Shown: positions 18,064 to 29,710, numbered from the stretch's first letter. The stretch: DNA of 64,000 nt from Parcubacteria group bacterium M6-OD1-4 (GCA_003056205.1 LSNS01000004.1:55870-119869), one strand, 5' to 3'. Program-made: numbers and translations. The notes: a model not told the origin generated them from the sequence alone.

Positions 18064-19170
18064 TTAATAACTAATTTTCGATTTAATAATAATATTTTCA
18101 ACAATCCCTACTAAAATCAGTAAAGATACTAAAGAACTACCACCATAGCTAACGAATGGTAAAGGCAAACCAACGATAGGCATGATTCCTAAGTTCATCC
18201 CTATATTAATAAACATTTGCACAAAAATCAAGCCCGCTGCTCCAATAACAAAATAAATTCCAAAATCATTCTTGATTTTCGGTAATATTCGCCAACATCG
18301 CCAAAAAAATATAAAATAAAAAGCCAAGACCAGCAAGACCCCCACAAAACCTAATTCCTCGGCAATCACTGAAAAAATAAAATCTGTGTGTGCTTCGGGT
18401 AAGAATTTTAATTGCGACTGGGAGCCTAAACCAAGCCCTTTACCCGCTAAGCCCCCCGAACCAATAGCAATCATCGCTTGAGAAATATTATAACCAGATT
18501 TTTGACTATTAATTCCTGGATTAATAAAATTAATAATACGGTCCTTCTGATAATTTTTAAACATTAGAAACCAAGAGGCCACAAAAAAGATACTAACTAC
18601 TAAAAAAATACTAATAAAATATTTTTTATTAAAACCAGCCGCCAAAACCATTACTAGCCAAATCATTCCTAAAATAATTGCCGATCCTAAATCAGGTTGT
18701 AATAAAACTAAAAAGATTAAAAAAGAAACACTAATAGCAGAAATTATAAAATGACGTGTAGTTTTCACTTTAGTTGCTAAATTAGCAAAAAAACTTGCTA
18801 AAAAGAGAATTAAAATGATTTTTACTAATTCCACAGGTTGAAGACTAAAGCCTTGAAAAACCAACCAACCCTGATGACCCCGAATATTATTTCCTAAGAT
18901 GAGAACAATTACCAATAAAATTATGGCGAATAGATAGAGATAACGGTTAAAGCCCTTTAAAGAATAAATATTGATAAAAGAAAAAACAAAGAGAATCAAA
19001 AAACCAGCAATGGCAAAGACTAATTGTTTTTTAAAATTCAATAAATAGGGACCACCTTGACCGAGAGAGATGCTGTAAATTTCAATTAAACCAAAGCTCA
19101 CCAATAATAAAACAGCGACAAGCATAATCCAATCAAAATTTTTAAGATAAAGTTTAAGATGATTAAGCAT
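18064..19170 (-). CDS. SEDS-family peptidoglycan glycosyltransferase (FtsW/RodA)
   Basis: 368 aa, about 10 TM segments. SEDS motifs GSGGLAGKGLG and PEAHTDFIFS. Confidence 0.85.
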   Translation of the reverse strand: MLNHLKLYLKNFDWIMLVAVLLLVSFGLIEIYSISLGQGGPYLLNFKKQLVFAIAGFLILFVFSFINIYSLKGFNRYLYLFAIILLVIVLILGNNIRGHQGWLVFQGFSLQPVELVKIILILFLASFFANLATKVKTTRHFIISAISVSFLIFLVLLQPDLGSAIILGMIWLVMVLAAGFNKKYFISIFLVVSIFFVASWFLMFKNYQKDRIINFINPGINSQKSGYNISQAMIAIGSGGLAGKGLGLGSQSQLKFLPEAHTDFIFSVIAEELGFVGVLLVLAFYFIFFWRCWRILPKIKNDFGIYFVIGAAGLIFVQMFINIGMNLGIMPIVGLPLPFVSYGGSSLVSLLILVGIVENIIIKSKISY

Positions 19171-19180
19171 AAGAATTACT

Positions 19181-20143
19181 CTAGTTAGAGATTATCCCTC
19201 GATACGGTAAATAAATACCATCGGATAATAAATTAAGATCTGGTTCAATCTCTGTCCGATCAACTCCTGATAAATTACCAGTCCAAACTATTTCTATTTT
19301 TCTCTCTTCTCCACTAAAGAAATTTTCTAGAAAATATTGATTAACCCCTACTAACTTATTGCCACTAAAAAATAGAATATTCAATGGCACTTGATAATAA
19401 CCATAAGGGCTTTGATTTTGAATAGAAAAATTTAAACTATTTAAAGCAATTTTTTGTGATAAACTATTATTTTGAGCTGGAGTAAATTTTATATTTTTTA
19501 TGGAAAAATTAAGATGATTATTAAGATAATAAGTCCAATTCGGAATCTGATGAAGATCAATCCGTCGCCAAGAGATACTCTTAATCTTGAATTTTAAATC
19601 TTGAGAGTTAGAATTCATAACTTGACTTAAATCAAAAATATATTTTTTCTGATTCGGCAAAATAAAAGCTTTTTTACAAACTAACACTTTATTAGTTTGA
19701 CTAAAACAATATTCAAAATTAGCACTAAACTTGGCATTAGGATTAAATATTCTCACAACTAAATCACTCTTGCCAGAATAATAATTATTAAAAATATTTA
19801 GTGGAGAAACCTGAAGACTGCTAACTATTTTTCGAGGAGATTGGGGGACAGTATCATTTATTAACTGCGAGCCAACATTAGCAGATTTAAAATAAATAAC
19901 ATAATTATAAGCTGAATAAATGAAGAGTCCAGCAGAAATAATAATCAAAATAATAATAAATATTCCCCGAATTTTTTTTCGATTATTAGCTAACCAGAGG
20001 CCAAAGTTTAAATCTCTTAAACTGAGGTTATTGGTTTGGTCATATTCTTTTAAATCTGGAACTCGATGAATATCCTCTCCCTGATTATTTTCATTCTCAT
20101 GCTGAGTATTTTCCTTTTGAGAAGCATTTTCCTCTTTAAGCAT
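19181..20143 (-). CDS. Hypothetical membrane-anchored protein
   Basis: 320 aa. Acidic N-terminus, one TM, and an Asn/Ser-rich extracytoplasmic domain. No motif recognised. Confidence 0.35.
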   Translation of the reverse strand: MLKEENASQKENTQHENENNQGEDIHRVPDLKEYDQTNNLSLRDLNFGLWLANNRKKIRGIFIIILIIISAGLFIYSAYNYVIYFKSANVGSQLINDTVPQSPRKIVSSLQVSPLNIFNNYYSGKSDLVVRIFNPNAKFSANFEYCFSQTNKVLVCKKAFILPNQKKYIFDLSQVMNSNSQDLKFKIKSISWRRIDLHQIPNWTYYLNNHLNFSIKNIKFTPAQNNSLSQKIALNSLNFSIQNQSPYGYYQVPLNILFFSGNKLVGVNQYFLENFFSGEERKIEIVWTGNLSGVDRTEIEPDLNLLSDGIYLPYRGIISN

Positions 20144-20208
20144 ATTTATGATATAATATTTTAATACTATTATAGTATCATATTATTATAAATTTATAAA
20201 TATTTTAT

Positions 20209-21168
20209 ATGCATAAATTAAAAATTAAAGTTCCCTTGAGCGTTCCCAAGAATAAAAGAAATGAATTTCAATTGAATTATGAAATGCTGACAAATTACAG
20301 TGGACGTTTATTTTTAATTGCTGGCGATCAAAAAGTAGAACATTTGAATGCTGATTTTGTAGGTCCTAAAATTAGCCCTGAAGATCAAAGTCCAGAACAT
20401 TTATTTAAAATTGCCGCTGCTTCTCAAGGAGGAGTGCTGGCAACGCATCTTGGTTTAATTGCTCAATATGGCTCAGATTATCCAGATACCCCCTATTTAG
20501 TAAAGTTAAATGGTAAAACTAATATCGGACGAAATGAACTGAAAGATTCTAGCCATTTATGGTGGACCGTGGAAGATGTAATTAAATTCAAAAAAGAAAG
20601 TAATTTGAAAATTGTCGGTATTGGCTATACTCTTTATCTGGGTGGTCAATATGAAGCGGAAATGCTTGCCACGGTTGCTCAAGCTCTATATCAAGCCCAC
20701 CAAGCTGGTCTAACCACCCTTCTTTGGGTTTATCCACGAGGTCCAAAAATTAATGAAGAAAATATTCACACCATTGCTGGTGGAGCTGGAATAGCTTCCG
20801 CTCTCGGTAGCGACTTTGTCAAGATTAAATATCCCTATGCTGCCAAAAATAAACTAGCTACTGCTCAGAAATTTCGTGAAGCAACAAAAGCCGCAGGACG
20901 AACAAAGGTGGTTTGTGTCGGTGGACAACAACGACCAGTAAAACTTCTCTTAGATGATTTAGCCCGACAAATTAAGATTTCCAAAACTAATGGTCTAGCA
21001 ATGGGTCGTAATCTCCACCAACGTTCTTTAACAGAAGCAACACGTCTCACCGCTGCTCTAGGATCAATTATTTTTCATGATCAAAGTGCTGCTGAAGCCT
21101 ATAAGATTTATAATCGTAAAAATAAATTGTCTGTTCAATCTCGAGGAAGATTTTTAGGTTTATTTTAA
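20209..21168 (+). CDS. Class I fructose-bisphosphate aldolase, archaeal DhnA/FbaB type
   Basis: 319 aa TIM-barrel aldolase pattern with a Schiff-base Lys region DFVKIKYP. DhnA-family layout. Confidence 0.6.
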   Translation: MHKLKIKVPLSVPKNKRNEFQLNYEMLTNYSGRLFLIAGDQKVEHLNADFVGPKISPEDQSPEHLFKIAAASQGGVLATHLGLIAQYGSDYPDTPYLVKLNGKTNIGRNELKDSSHLWWTVEDVIKFKKESNLKIVGIGYTLYLGGQYEAEMLATVAQALYQAHQAGLTTLLWVYPRGPKINEENIHTIAGGAGIASALGSDFVKIKYPYAAKNKLATAQKFREATKAAGRTKVVCVGGQQRPVKLLLDDLARQIKISKTNGLAMGRNLHQRSLTEATRLTAALGSIIFHDQSAAEAYKIYNRKNKLSVQSRGRFLGLF

Positions 21169-21305
21169 TTCAATCTTCAACAGAGAATTAGATAAAATAT
21201 TATATTTAAGAAAAAATAAGCTAACAATTTGTTAGCTTATTTTAGATTTGAATTGACTAGGAATTAAATTATTTCTTAAAATAAGAACAATAATACAATA
21301 CAGAA

Positions 21306-22913
21306 TTAATTTTTATTAATGTTTATTTTTATACGATCTACTAAACTAGGAGCCCGCTTAATAAATGTTGGGGAAAATTTTAACTGATAGCTATCAACTT
21401 CGGGTTGATTTGATAAATAGGTTTTAATCTGAGATTTGCTTAAATTAATTAAAGATTTCGGACTAATTAAATCAGAATTGTTTTTTAAAATCATCGTCCC
21501 TGTAAAACTGGCCTTAATCGTCGCACTTTCTGACGCCGGATCATAACTAATTAGACTATAAACAATATGAGCGGGATTGAAATTAACTAGTTCTTTATCA
21601 GCAGGAATAGCTAAATTTAATTTAGCAATAGCGAGTTTGGCGACAGCACTTCGAGAGAAATTAACCGCCACAATTTGTCCTTGGGCCTGAGCAGTAAATT
21701 GATCTTGACGATCACCAGCCTTAGCATTAATGGTCACTACTGGAGGATTATTGACAATATACAACCATTTCGTTGCTGAGGAAGACTGTTCACTTTGCAC
21801 TTTAGCTTTCGCCTGAACTTTCGCTTTCATAATTAACAAACGATTAATATCTTGAGCAGCATAAGCTAAATCACTAGCATTTACATACTTTCGTATTTCT
21901 TGAGTGTAGGTAAAAGGTGCTAAACTTCGAGCATAAATTTTGTCTTGAAGACCAGCCCATAAACCAGGAATAATAAACCGGGTAACACCAATAGCCATGC
22001 TGGGGCTAGGGTGTTTAGTATAAATATTAACGGCCACACGACCACCAGCTGGAACATTAACCGATCTCACAATTCGGAAGAGTTTATTATCTGGACTAAG
22101 CAATCTGGTCGTGGCTACTAATGGTTGATTACTAGTATAATTATTAATAATTTCTACTCGACCAATAATTTTATTTCCTAAAAAAGTTTCACCATTAGCA
22201 GGATAAGTTTTGGAAACTTGAACATTAATTTTCTTAATACTGCCCTTAATTATTTCCCGAGGATCATTCTGAGCCTTTAAATTATTAGTATTAAAAATTG
22301 CCGTACTGGAAGGATGGGGACTATTAGCTTGAGCACTCGTGCTTGCTGGCGTAGCCACAACTTTAAGGAGTAAACTATCGTTAATTTTCTCACCCTTTAA
22401 ATTTAAGGTCACAGTCAATTTAGAAAAAGAAAAATAAATAACCACGGCCGCCACAATACCAATTAAAACAATAAATTTTAAAACTAAACGACGATACAAA
22501 ACAACACTACGACCAGTTTTTTGGGGAGACTGATTATTCTTTCTAGTAAGCGGATCTTCAGTTTTTATTTCTTGAGCTAAATTCTCAAAAAATTTCTTTT
22601 GGCTATCAATTTCTTTCGCATTTTCAGAGGAGTGAGAAACCTTTTTCTTAGTAATTTCATGTTCCACAAATTTTTTTGGAGGCATTTTTGAATGAGAAGT
22701 ATTTTTCTTTTTTCGAAAATCACTATTTTTCACCAATAATTGATCATTTTCAGCCAACCAAGATAAATCAGAATCACTAGGCTCATCTTCAATGACATCC
22801 ACTAAAACTGACTTCGCTTGTCGACGAGGATGAATAGTTTTTGGTGGAGTTTTTTTCTTAGATTTTGTTTTGCGAACGGGAGTTTTAGACACCGTAGTTT
22901 TGCTTCGAGTCAT
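21306..22913 (-). CDS. Hypothetical protein: basic N-terminus, single TM, large extracytoplasmic domain
   Basis: 535-aa ORF. Lys/Arg-rich first 40 aa, then an acidic stretch, a TM at about residue 150-170, and a beta-rich C-terminal region. Confidence 0.35.
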   Translation of the reverse strand: MTRSKTTVSKTPVRKTKSKKKTPPKTIHPRRQAKSVLVDVIEDEPSDSDLSWLAENDQLLVKNSDFRKKKNTSHSKMPPKKFVEHEITKKKVSHSSENAKEIDSQKKFFENLAQEIKTEDPLTRKNNQSPQKTGRSVVLYRRLVLKFIVLIGIVAAVVIYFSFSKLTVTLNLKGEKINDSLLLKVVATPASTSAQANSPHPSSTAIFNTNNLKAQNDPREIIKGSIKKINVQVSKTYPANGETFLGNKIIGRVEIINNYTSNQPLVATTRLLSPDNKLFRIVRSVNVPAGGRVAVNIYTKHPSPSMAIGVTRFIIPGLWAGLQDKIYARSLAPFTYTQEIRKYVNASDLAYAAQDINRLLIMKAKVQAKAKVQSEQSSSATKWLYIVNNPPVVTINAKAGDRQDQFTAQAQGQIVAVNFSRSAVAKLAIAKLNLAIPADKELVNFNPAHIVYSLISYDPASESATIKASFTGTMILKNNSDLISPKSLINLSKSQIKTYLSNQPEVDSYQLKFSPTFIKRAPSLVDRIKININKN

Positions 22914-23077
22914 AAAAATAAAAAAAACTGAGAAATTTTTTTAATAAGTGAAATAAATTTAACACTCTTTTTAAATTAAAAGTGTAAATATAAAATAAAT
23001 TTATTATTAATTTTATTATAACAGAATTTTAGATTTACAACAATTATCAAAAACTAATTCCAGAAAATAAAGCTACT

Positions 23078-26000
23078 TTAAGGAAATCTTAATAAATCTT
23101 TAAATTTAGCTATTAATTCTTTTTTTAATTCTGGACTGTTCGCTACTAAAAAGGGAGTCTTGATTATTTTAGCCCGACCCTCGTCAAGTACTTTAAAATG
23201 GACAGCATCTTGACCGGGAAACAAAGAGAATATTTTTTTTAAACGCCGAGAATCATCAGTACTAAAAGTCTCTGCAAGAATTAATCGTAAAATATTTTTT
23301 GATTCTATGGAAGAATTATTCTCGCTCTGAAAAGCTTTTGGAACTTTATCAGTTGTTGGTTTCTTAACTGTGGCAATTGTGGTCGAGTTGGCAAGCGTTG
23401 AAGATGCCTTTTTATTCTTTATAAAAGGTTTCTGAAAATTTGATTTTTGAAAAGAATTAGAAGAAGAATTATTATATTTCTGGTAATGATTGCTAGTTTT
23501 TCGAGTATGGGCCAAGAGTTTCTTAAAGTCCGCAATAGATTTTTCTGGTTCAGCAGAATCTAAAGCAGAAACCCGATTTACTAAAACTTTTATATCTTGA
23601 TCTTTTTCCGATATTTTACCCTCAACAATCACTGCCTGCCCCCCCACCCATAAATCTGGAGTTTCTTTTAAGAGGCGCGGGAAAATTAATAACTCCACCG
23701 TATTACTAGCATCTTCTAATTTAACAAACAACATGGATTCTCCTTTACGGGTAATTATTTTTTTGATAGTGGAAACAATTCCAGCGATAACTATTCTTTC
23801 TTCTCCTTGATGATTTTTTAAAGTGATAAGTGGAAGAGCAAAATCAGCCAAATAGGGACGAAAAGCATTATAAGGATGCTCACTAATATATAAACCCAAA
23901 AGTTCTTTTTCCCAAGTTAATTTTTCATTTTGGGTTGCAGGATTTCCAGAATTTAGCTGAGGATGATTTAAGGCTTCTAGCGGTGAATCAATAAATAGAC
24001 TATCTTGTTTACTATTTTTAGATTTACTGAGCTCCTTATTAAAACTTAATAATTTTTCAATATTAACTAACAATTGACCACGTTCAGCAAAATTATCCAT
24101 AGCTCCACTCTTGATTAAACTTTCTAAAGATTTTTTATTTAAATCCCTATCAGTAATTCTTTCTAATAAATCAAAAATATCTTGATAAGGCCCAGAATTT
24201 TTCCGAATCTTAATAATCTCTTCCACGATATGCTGACCAACATTTTTAATGGCCTGCAAACCAAAACGAATAGTTTTGCTGATTTTATTTTTATGAGAAG
24301 CTCTATTTTCTTTAGTGCCATCAGTAACCACGGTAAAAGTAGCAAAAGATTCATTGATATCGGGGGGCATAATTTCAATACCCATCCGACGACATTCTTC
24401 AATTTCAATAGCGACCCGATCACTATCTCCCTGGTCAGCGGTTAAGAGCGCCGCCATAAATTCTACTGGATAATGCGCTTTCAAGTAGGCAGTTTGATAA
24501 GCAATCATGGCGTAACAAGCAGCGTGACTGCGATTAAATCCATAACCCGCAAACGGTTCGATAAAAGAAAAAATCTTTTCAGCTAATTCTTTATAAATAC
24601 TATTTTGGACACAACCATCAATAAATTTTTCTTTTTGTTCGGCTAACAGCGAGACAATTTTCTTCCCCATCGCTTTTCGTAAAACATCAGCCTGCCCCAT
24701 AGTAAAGCCCGCAAGATCACGAGCAATTTGCATCACCTGTTCTTGATAAATAGCCACGCCATAAGTTTTCTTCAAAATTGGCTCTAATTTAGGATGTAAA
24801 TAAACAACTTTCTTAATCTGATGTTTACCATTAATATAATCAGGAATCCATTCCATGGGCCCAGGGCGATATAAAGCAACCATGGCAATAATATCTTCAA
24901 ACTCTGTTGGTTTCAAATCACGTAAATAATGTTTCATCCCCGAAGATTCAAATTGAAAAACACCAGTCGTTTCTCCATTTTTAAACAAATTAAAAGTGAC
25001 TTGGTCATCTAGAGGAATATCATCAATATCTAATTCTTTCCCTTGAGTATTATTAAGAATCTTCAAAGTAGATTCAATAATTGTTAAGTTTTTAAGACCT
25101 AAAAAATCCATTTTTAACAGACCTAAATCTTCAATGGGGTGCAAAGAATATTGTGAAATAATACTACGATCACTAGAAGAAGCATACTGAATTGGCACAT
25201 TATCAGTTAGGGGATCTTTAGTAATCAACACCCCACAAGCATGCGTTGAAGCATGACGAGCTACTCCTTCTAAACGTTGAGCATAATCAAGAATGCGTTT
25301 AGCAGCTGGCTCTTGATGATACATTTCTTTTAACTCGGGAACAGTTTTTAAAGCTTCACCCAATTTCATAAACATTGGAATACTTTTCGCAATCTTATCA
25401 CAATATTCATAAGGTTCATCCAAAACTCGACCAACATCACGCACCGCCGCCCGTGCCGCCATCGTTCCGAAAGTAATAATTTGTGAAACATGGTCATGAC
25501 CATATTTTTCTCCAACATAATTTAAAACTTCAGACCGACGAACATCCGCAAAATCAACATCAATATCAGGCATAGAGATTCGCTCTGGATTTAAGAATCT
25601 TTCAAATAACAAATCATATTTTAAAGGATCAAGATTAGTAATTCCAGTTAAGAAACAAACTATTGAACCTGCCGCAGAGCCCCGACCAGGGCCAACGACT
25701 ATTTTATTTTTCTTAGCCCAGGAAATAAAATCAGCGACGATTAAAAAGTAAGAAGGCCAACCCATCTTAGTAATTACTCCTAATTCATAGTCTAAACGCT
25801 CTTGAACTCGTTGTAAATATTCTGGGCTAGCTCCTGGAAAACGTTTTTGAATTCCCTGTTCGCACCACCAACGCAAATAAGAATCTTCATTGTAAGAATC
25901 AGGAACAGCAAAATATGGTAATTGAGTATTACCCAATTCAATTTCGACATTACATTTTTCCGCAATTTTTAAGGTATTAGCTACAGCCTCAGGAACTTCA

Positions 26001-26767
26001 CTAAAAGCAGCAATCATTTCACTATTCGGACGTAAAGAATAATCACCGTGACCTAACATTTTTAAGCGATCAGTGTCGGTAATTTTCTTTTTGTTTTGTA
26101 AACAAAGAAGAATATCTTGAGCCTCCGCATCTTCTTTGTGTAAATAATGAGAATCATTAGTAGCAACTAGCGGAATATTTAATTTTTTTGAAAATTTAAT
26201 TAATTGCTGATTAACAGCAGCTTGTTCTTCTAATTCGGGGTGATCCTGAATTTCTAAATAAAAATTATCCTGACCAAAAAGAGTATTATATTCTTTAATT
26301 CTTTTTTCCGCTTGAACCAAATTCCCTGAAATAATTAAATGCGGAATTTCACCTCCCAAACAAGCCGTGGAGGCAATTAATCCTTCATGATATTTCTCCA
26401 ACAAAGACCAATCAATCCGGGGCTTATAATAAAAACCTTCCAAGTGAGCCAGAGATATTAATTTAATTAAGTGATGATAACCGAGAGTATTTTTAGCCCA
26501 CAATATTAAATGGTGACCCCGATCTTCACGAGTATTCTTATCAAGACGGGAATGAGGCGCTAAATAGGTCTCTACACCAATAATCGGCTTAATTCCTGCT
26601 TTTTTGGCTTTTTGATAGAATTCAATAACACCATACATTGTGCCATGATCAGTTAAAGCAATGGCTGGTGAACCCTGTTCTTGGGCATAATTAACCATTT
26701 CATCGATCTTGTTTAAACCGTCTAAAAGAGAATAATGACTATGATTATGAAGATGGACAAAAGACAT
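23078..26767 (-). CDS. dnaE: DNA polymerase III alpha subunit
   Basis: 1229 aa. N-terminal PHP domain (HLHNHSHYSLLDG) followed by polymerase core, fingers and OB regions. Confidence 0.95.
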   Translation of the reverse strand: MSFVHLHNHSHYSLLDGLNKIDEMVNYAQEQGSPAIALTDHGTMYGVIEFYQKAKKAGIKPIIGVETYLAPHSRLDKNTREDRGHHLILWAKNTLGYHHLIKLISLAHLEGFYYKPRIDWSLLEKYHEGLIASTACLGGEIPHLIISGNLVQAEKRIKEYNTLFGQDNFYLEIQDHPELEEQAAVNQQLIKFSKKLNIPLVATNDSHYLHKEDAEAQDILLCLQNKKKITDTDRLKMLGHGDYSLRPNSEMIAAFSEVPEAVANTLKIAEKCNVEIELGNTQLPYFAVPDSYNEDSYLRWWCEQGIQKRFPGASPEYLQRVQERLDYELGVITKMGWPSYFLIVADFISWAKKNKIVVGPGRGSAAGSIVCFLTGITNLDPLKYDLLFERFLNPERISMPDIDVDFADVRRSEVLNYVGEKYGHDHVSQIITFGTMAARAAVRDVGRVLDEPYEYCDKIAKSIPMFMKLGEALKTVPELKEMYHQEPAAKRILDYAQRLEGVARHASTHACGVLITKDPLTDNVPIQYASSSDRSIISQYSLHPIEDLGLLKMDFLGLKNLTIIESTLKILNNTQGKELDIDDIPLDDQVTFNLFKNGETTGVFQFESSGMKHYLRDLKPTEFEDIIAMVALYRPGPMEWIPDYINGKHQIKKVVYLHPKLEPILKKTYGVAIYQEQVMQIARDLAGFTMGQADVLRKAMGKKIVSLLAEQKEKFIDGCVQNSIYKELAEKIFSFIEPFAGYGFNRSHAACYAMIAYQTAYLKAHYPVEFMAALLTADQGDSDRVAIEIEECRRMGIEIMPPDINESFATFTVVTDGTKENRASHKNKISKTIRFGLQAIKNVGQHIVEEIIKIRKNSGPYQDIFDLLERITDRDLNKKSLESLIKSGAMDNFAERGQLLVNIEKLLSFNKELSKSKNSKQDSLFIDSPLEALNHPQLNSGNPATQNEKLTWEKELLGLYISEHPYNAFRPYLADFALPLITLKNHQGEERIVIAGIVSTIKKIITRKGESMLFVKLEDASNTVELLIFPRLLKETPDLWVGGQAVIVEGKISEKDQDIKVLVNRVSALDSAEPEKSIADFKKLLAHTRKTSNHYQKYNNSSSNSFQKSNFQKPFIKNKKASSTLANSTTIATVKKPTTDKVPKAFQSENNSSIESKNILRLILAETFSTDDSRRLKKIFSLFPGQDAVHFKVLDEGRAKIIKTPFLVANSPELKKELIAKFKDLLRFP

Positions 26768-26952
26768 AATAAATAAGTTCTAAATTTTATTTAAACTACT
26801 AATATTCTAATATAAGCTTGCGAGTTTAGCAACTAGCAGGTAAAAACAAAAAGCAAAACAGAAAATATTAAGCTCTTGCTTATTCTCGTTTTTTATGTTA
26901 TCTTAATTTTAAATAGATACTCAAAAATATAAAAATTTTTAAATAACATTGT

Positions 26953-27933
26953 ATGTTAAGTTTCAATAATGGAGTTAATGAGCGCATTGATCAGGATCAA
27001 AAAAATAAACGTCAGCTTCAAGATGTGGAGACTATTTTTAATAATCCCGGAGGGGAAAGAATCCAAGAAACTGATTTTAAAGATATTTATCCTCCTCGAG
27101 AAATTGAATCTGATTTAAAAATGGTGGAACGTCTTCAAGATAAATTTGCTAGTCAATTAGAACAATTTAGTGGCGAAGAGCTAAAAAAAATACATGAAGG
27201 AGAACAACGTTCAGAAATTCTAGAAATTATCATTGCCACCGACGGCGAAAAATATCATTGGACTGGAGAAAAAACACGTTTAAGCCGAGCAGCGAGATTT
27301 GATGATATTGCTAATGGTATCGATATTATTCTAGAATTTGAACTAGAAAGTTTCGAAAAAGCTTCTTCGGAAATTGACCGTATTGCTTTAGGAATTGACA
27401 CTTCTCGCAATAGCGATATCTATGCTTTGCAAAGGAAAATAGCTAGAAATATTGAAAAATTAACCGGTCAAAATGGTAAAAAACTTCCCCAAGCAAAATA
27501 TTTTCAATCAGCAATTGATAAAAATATTAAGGGAGAATTAAACACTATTATTCCAATTGTTATTGGTTTAGACTTTAATCATGTTAATGGGCTAATACAT
27601 CTTTGTGCTGCTTCACGAAGTCTCGCTGACCCCAAACATAATCAGGAACTACAAGAAATGGGTATTGATCCTCATCGAAAACAGGAGGAATTAAAAGAAC
27701 AATTGTTAAAACATCCCGCCCAAGTAGTTTTTTATCGACAAATAATTACTCAACTTAATTATTATTTAAAAGTACTAGATAAGCAAGAAGGAGAACAAAC
27801 TGAGAATATTAAAGTGGAGATAAACTCAATTCTGAAGAGAGTTAGAAAAATTAAGGAAACAAAAAAGAATATTCCCATTGCTAATTATGATCAGGACGCA
27901 GTTTTAAAGACAATTGAAGAAATTTGTTCTTAA
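26953..27933 (+). CDS. Hypothetical protein
   Basis: 326-aa ORF, acidic and helical. No motif recognised. Plus-strand gene between dnaE and parB. Confidence 0.35.
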   Translation: MLSFNNGVNERIDQDQKNKRQLQDVETIFNNPGGERIQETDFKDIYPPREIESDLKMVERLQDKFASQLEQFSGEELKKIHEGEQRSEILEIIIATDGEKYHWTGEKTRLSRAARFDDIANGIDIILEFELESFEKASSEIDRIALGIDTSRNSDIYALQRKIARNIEKLTGQNGKKLPQAKYFQSAIDKNIKGELNTIIPIVIGLDFNHVNGLIHLCAASRSLADPKHNQELQEMGIDPHRKQEELKEQLLKHPAQVVFYRQIITQLNYYLKVLDKQEGEQTENIKVEINSILKRVRKIKETKKNIPIANYDQDAVLKTIEEICS

Positions 27934-28038
27934 TTTTTATATTCTAGTGATCTCAAGAAGGTTATCAAAGTTAATAAAATAAATAAAAAATTAAAAAGAA
28001 CAATTCCTTGAACTGTTCTTTTTTATAAATTTGAAAAA

Positions 28039-28941
28039 CTAAAGTTTCTGGTTATCTTCTAATTGTTGAATTTTCTTAATTATTTCTTGGAGTTGTTCTC
28101 CATTATAAAAATCAATAATAATTTTTCCACCAGATCCCCGTCGTCGCAACTCAACTTTAGTATCTAAAATACTACTTAAGCGTTTTTCTTCAGTACGATC
28201 AAAATAAGTTTTAACCTGAGCCGCCTTTGTCCCTCCTAGACGCTTAATTTCTTGATTAGTCTGAGCCACACTTAAATTCTGCCGAATAATCTTTTTAAAA
28301 ATATTTAATTGTTTAGCTGGGTTATCTATTCCTAATAAGTATTTCGCATGAGCAGCAGTAATTTTTTCAGTAATTAAAGCTTCCTGAATTTCTGTTGGCA
28401 AACTTAACAGACGTAAGCTATTAGCAATACTTGACCGCGCTTTGCCTAAACGCTGGGCCGCTTCTTCTTGAGTAATATTAAATTCATCAATTAAGCGTTG
28501 GTAGGCCCGAGCATTTTCTAAAGGATTCAGATCTTCACGTTGAAGATTTTCAATCAATGCTAACTCTAATTTTTTTTGTTGTTTTTCTTGACGAACTAAA
28601 ACTGGAACTTTTTTCAAACCTAAGAGCTTAGCACTGCGTAAGCGTCGTTCGCCAGCAATTAACTCAAAACCATCTTTTTTCTTAGTAACAATCAAGGGTT
28701 GAATAATTCCGTGCTCACGAATAGAATCAGCCAAATCCTTTAAAGAAGCTTCTGAAAAAGTTGTTCGGGGTTGTAAAGGATTAATACTAATTCGTTCGGG
28801 ACTAATTCGCAGCACCCGATCACGATCATCGACAACTAATAATTCTCCAGTAGTTGTTGCTCCCGAAAAAGAACTTTGACCTAAACTAACTGTTTTTTTT
28901 GGAATCAAGGAACTAAGACCTCGCCCTAAACTTTTAGACAT
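28039..28941 (-). CDS. parB: Chromosome partitioning protein ParB/Spo0J
   Basis: 300 aa. ParB box (IAGERRLRSAKLLGL) and an HTH region. Confidence 0.85.
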   Translation of the reverse strand: MSKSLGRGLSSLIPKKTVSLGQSSFSGATTTGELLVVDDRDRVLRISPERISINPLQPRTTFSEASLKDLADSIREHGIIQPLIVTKKKDGFELIAGERRLRSAKLLGLKKVPVLVRQEKQQKKLELALIENLQREDLNPLENARAYQRLIDEFNITQEEAAQRLGKARSSIANSLRLLSLPTEIQEALITEKITAAHAKYLLGIDNPAKQLNIFKKIIRQNLSVAQTNQEIKRLGGTKAAQVKTYFDRTEEKRLSSILDTKVELRRRGSGGKIIIDFYNGEQLQEIIKKIQQLEDNQKL

Positions 28942-28945
28942 ATAA

Positions 28946-29710
28946 TTATTTTTCTAAACTTATAATTTCTCTAGCTAAACCCTGATAAGCTCTTCCCCCT
29001 TTAGATTTTGGATCATAATGTAAAATAGAGCGACCATAACTTGGAGCTTCCGCTAAACGAACACTACGCGGAATGACCGATCTAAAAATACGATTAGGAA
29101 AGTATTGATATAATTCATTCATTACTGAACTAGATAAACGATTGCGTTTATCAAACATAGTAATAATTGCTCCCATAATACCTAAGCTTGGTTTTAAATT
29201 ATTTTGTACTAAACTAATAGTTTCCAATAGCTGACTTAAACCTTCTAAAGCATAATATTCACTCTGGATAGGAATTAAAACTTCATCAGCGGCGACCAAG
29301 CTATTGATAGTTAAAAGTCCTAAAGAAGGTGGACCATCAATAATAATATAATCAAAATCATCTTTTAAATCTCCTAAAATCTGGGCTAAACGAAACTCCC
29401 GATTATCCATGGCGACCATTTCCACACCCGCCCCGGCTAAAGAAATTGTCGCCGGAGCAATTTTTAAACCAGTCTGAATAGTTCTTTTTAGAACTTTTGA
29501 TAATTCTTGCTCACCGATTAAAGCTTCATAAACACCAACTTTTAAAGCTTTTTGATCAACACCCAGACCTGAAGTAGCGTTAGCTTGGGGATCAATATCA
29601 ACTAATAGAACTTGCTTACCTAACTGAGCTAAATAAGCACTAAGATTAACCGCTGTAGTAGTTTTACCAACCCCACCTTTTTGGTTCACAATCGCTAAGA
29701 TTTTACTCAT
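28946..29710 (-). CDS. parA: Chromosome partitioning ATPase ParA/Soj
   Basis: 254 aa. Deviant Walker A motif KGGVGKTT. Confidence 0.9.
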   Translation of the reverse strand: MSKILAIVNQKGGVGKTTTAVNLSAYLAQLGKQVLLVDIDPQANATSGLGVDQKALKVGVYEALIGEQELSKVLKRTIQTGLKIAPATISLAGAGVEMVAMDNREFRLAQILGDLKDDFDYIIIDGPPSLGLLTINSLVAADEVLIPIQSEYYALEGLSQLLETISLVQNNLKPSLGIMGAIITMFDKRNRLSSSVMNELYQYFPNRIFRSVIPRSVRLAEAPSYGRSILHYDPKSKGGRAYQGLAREIISLEK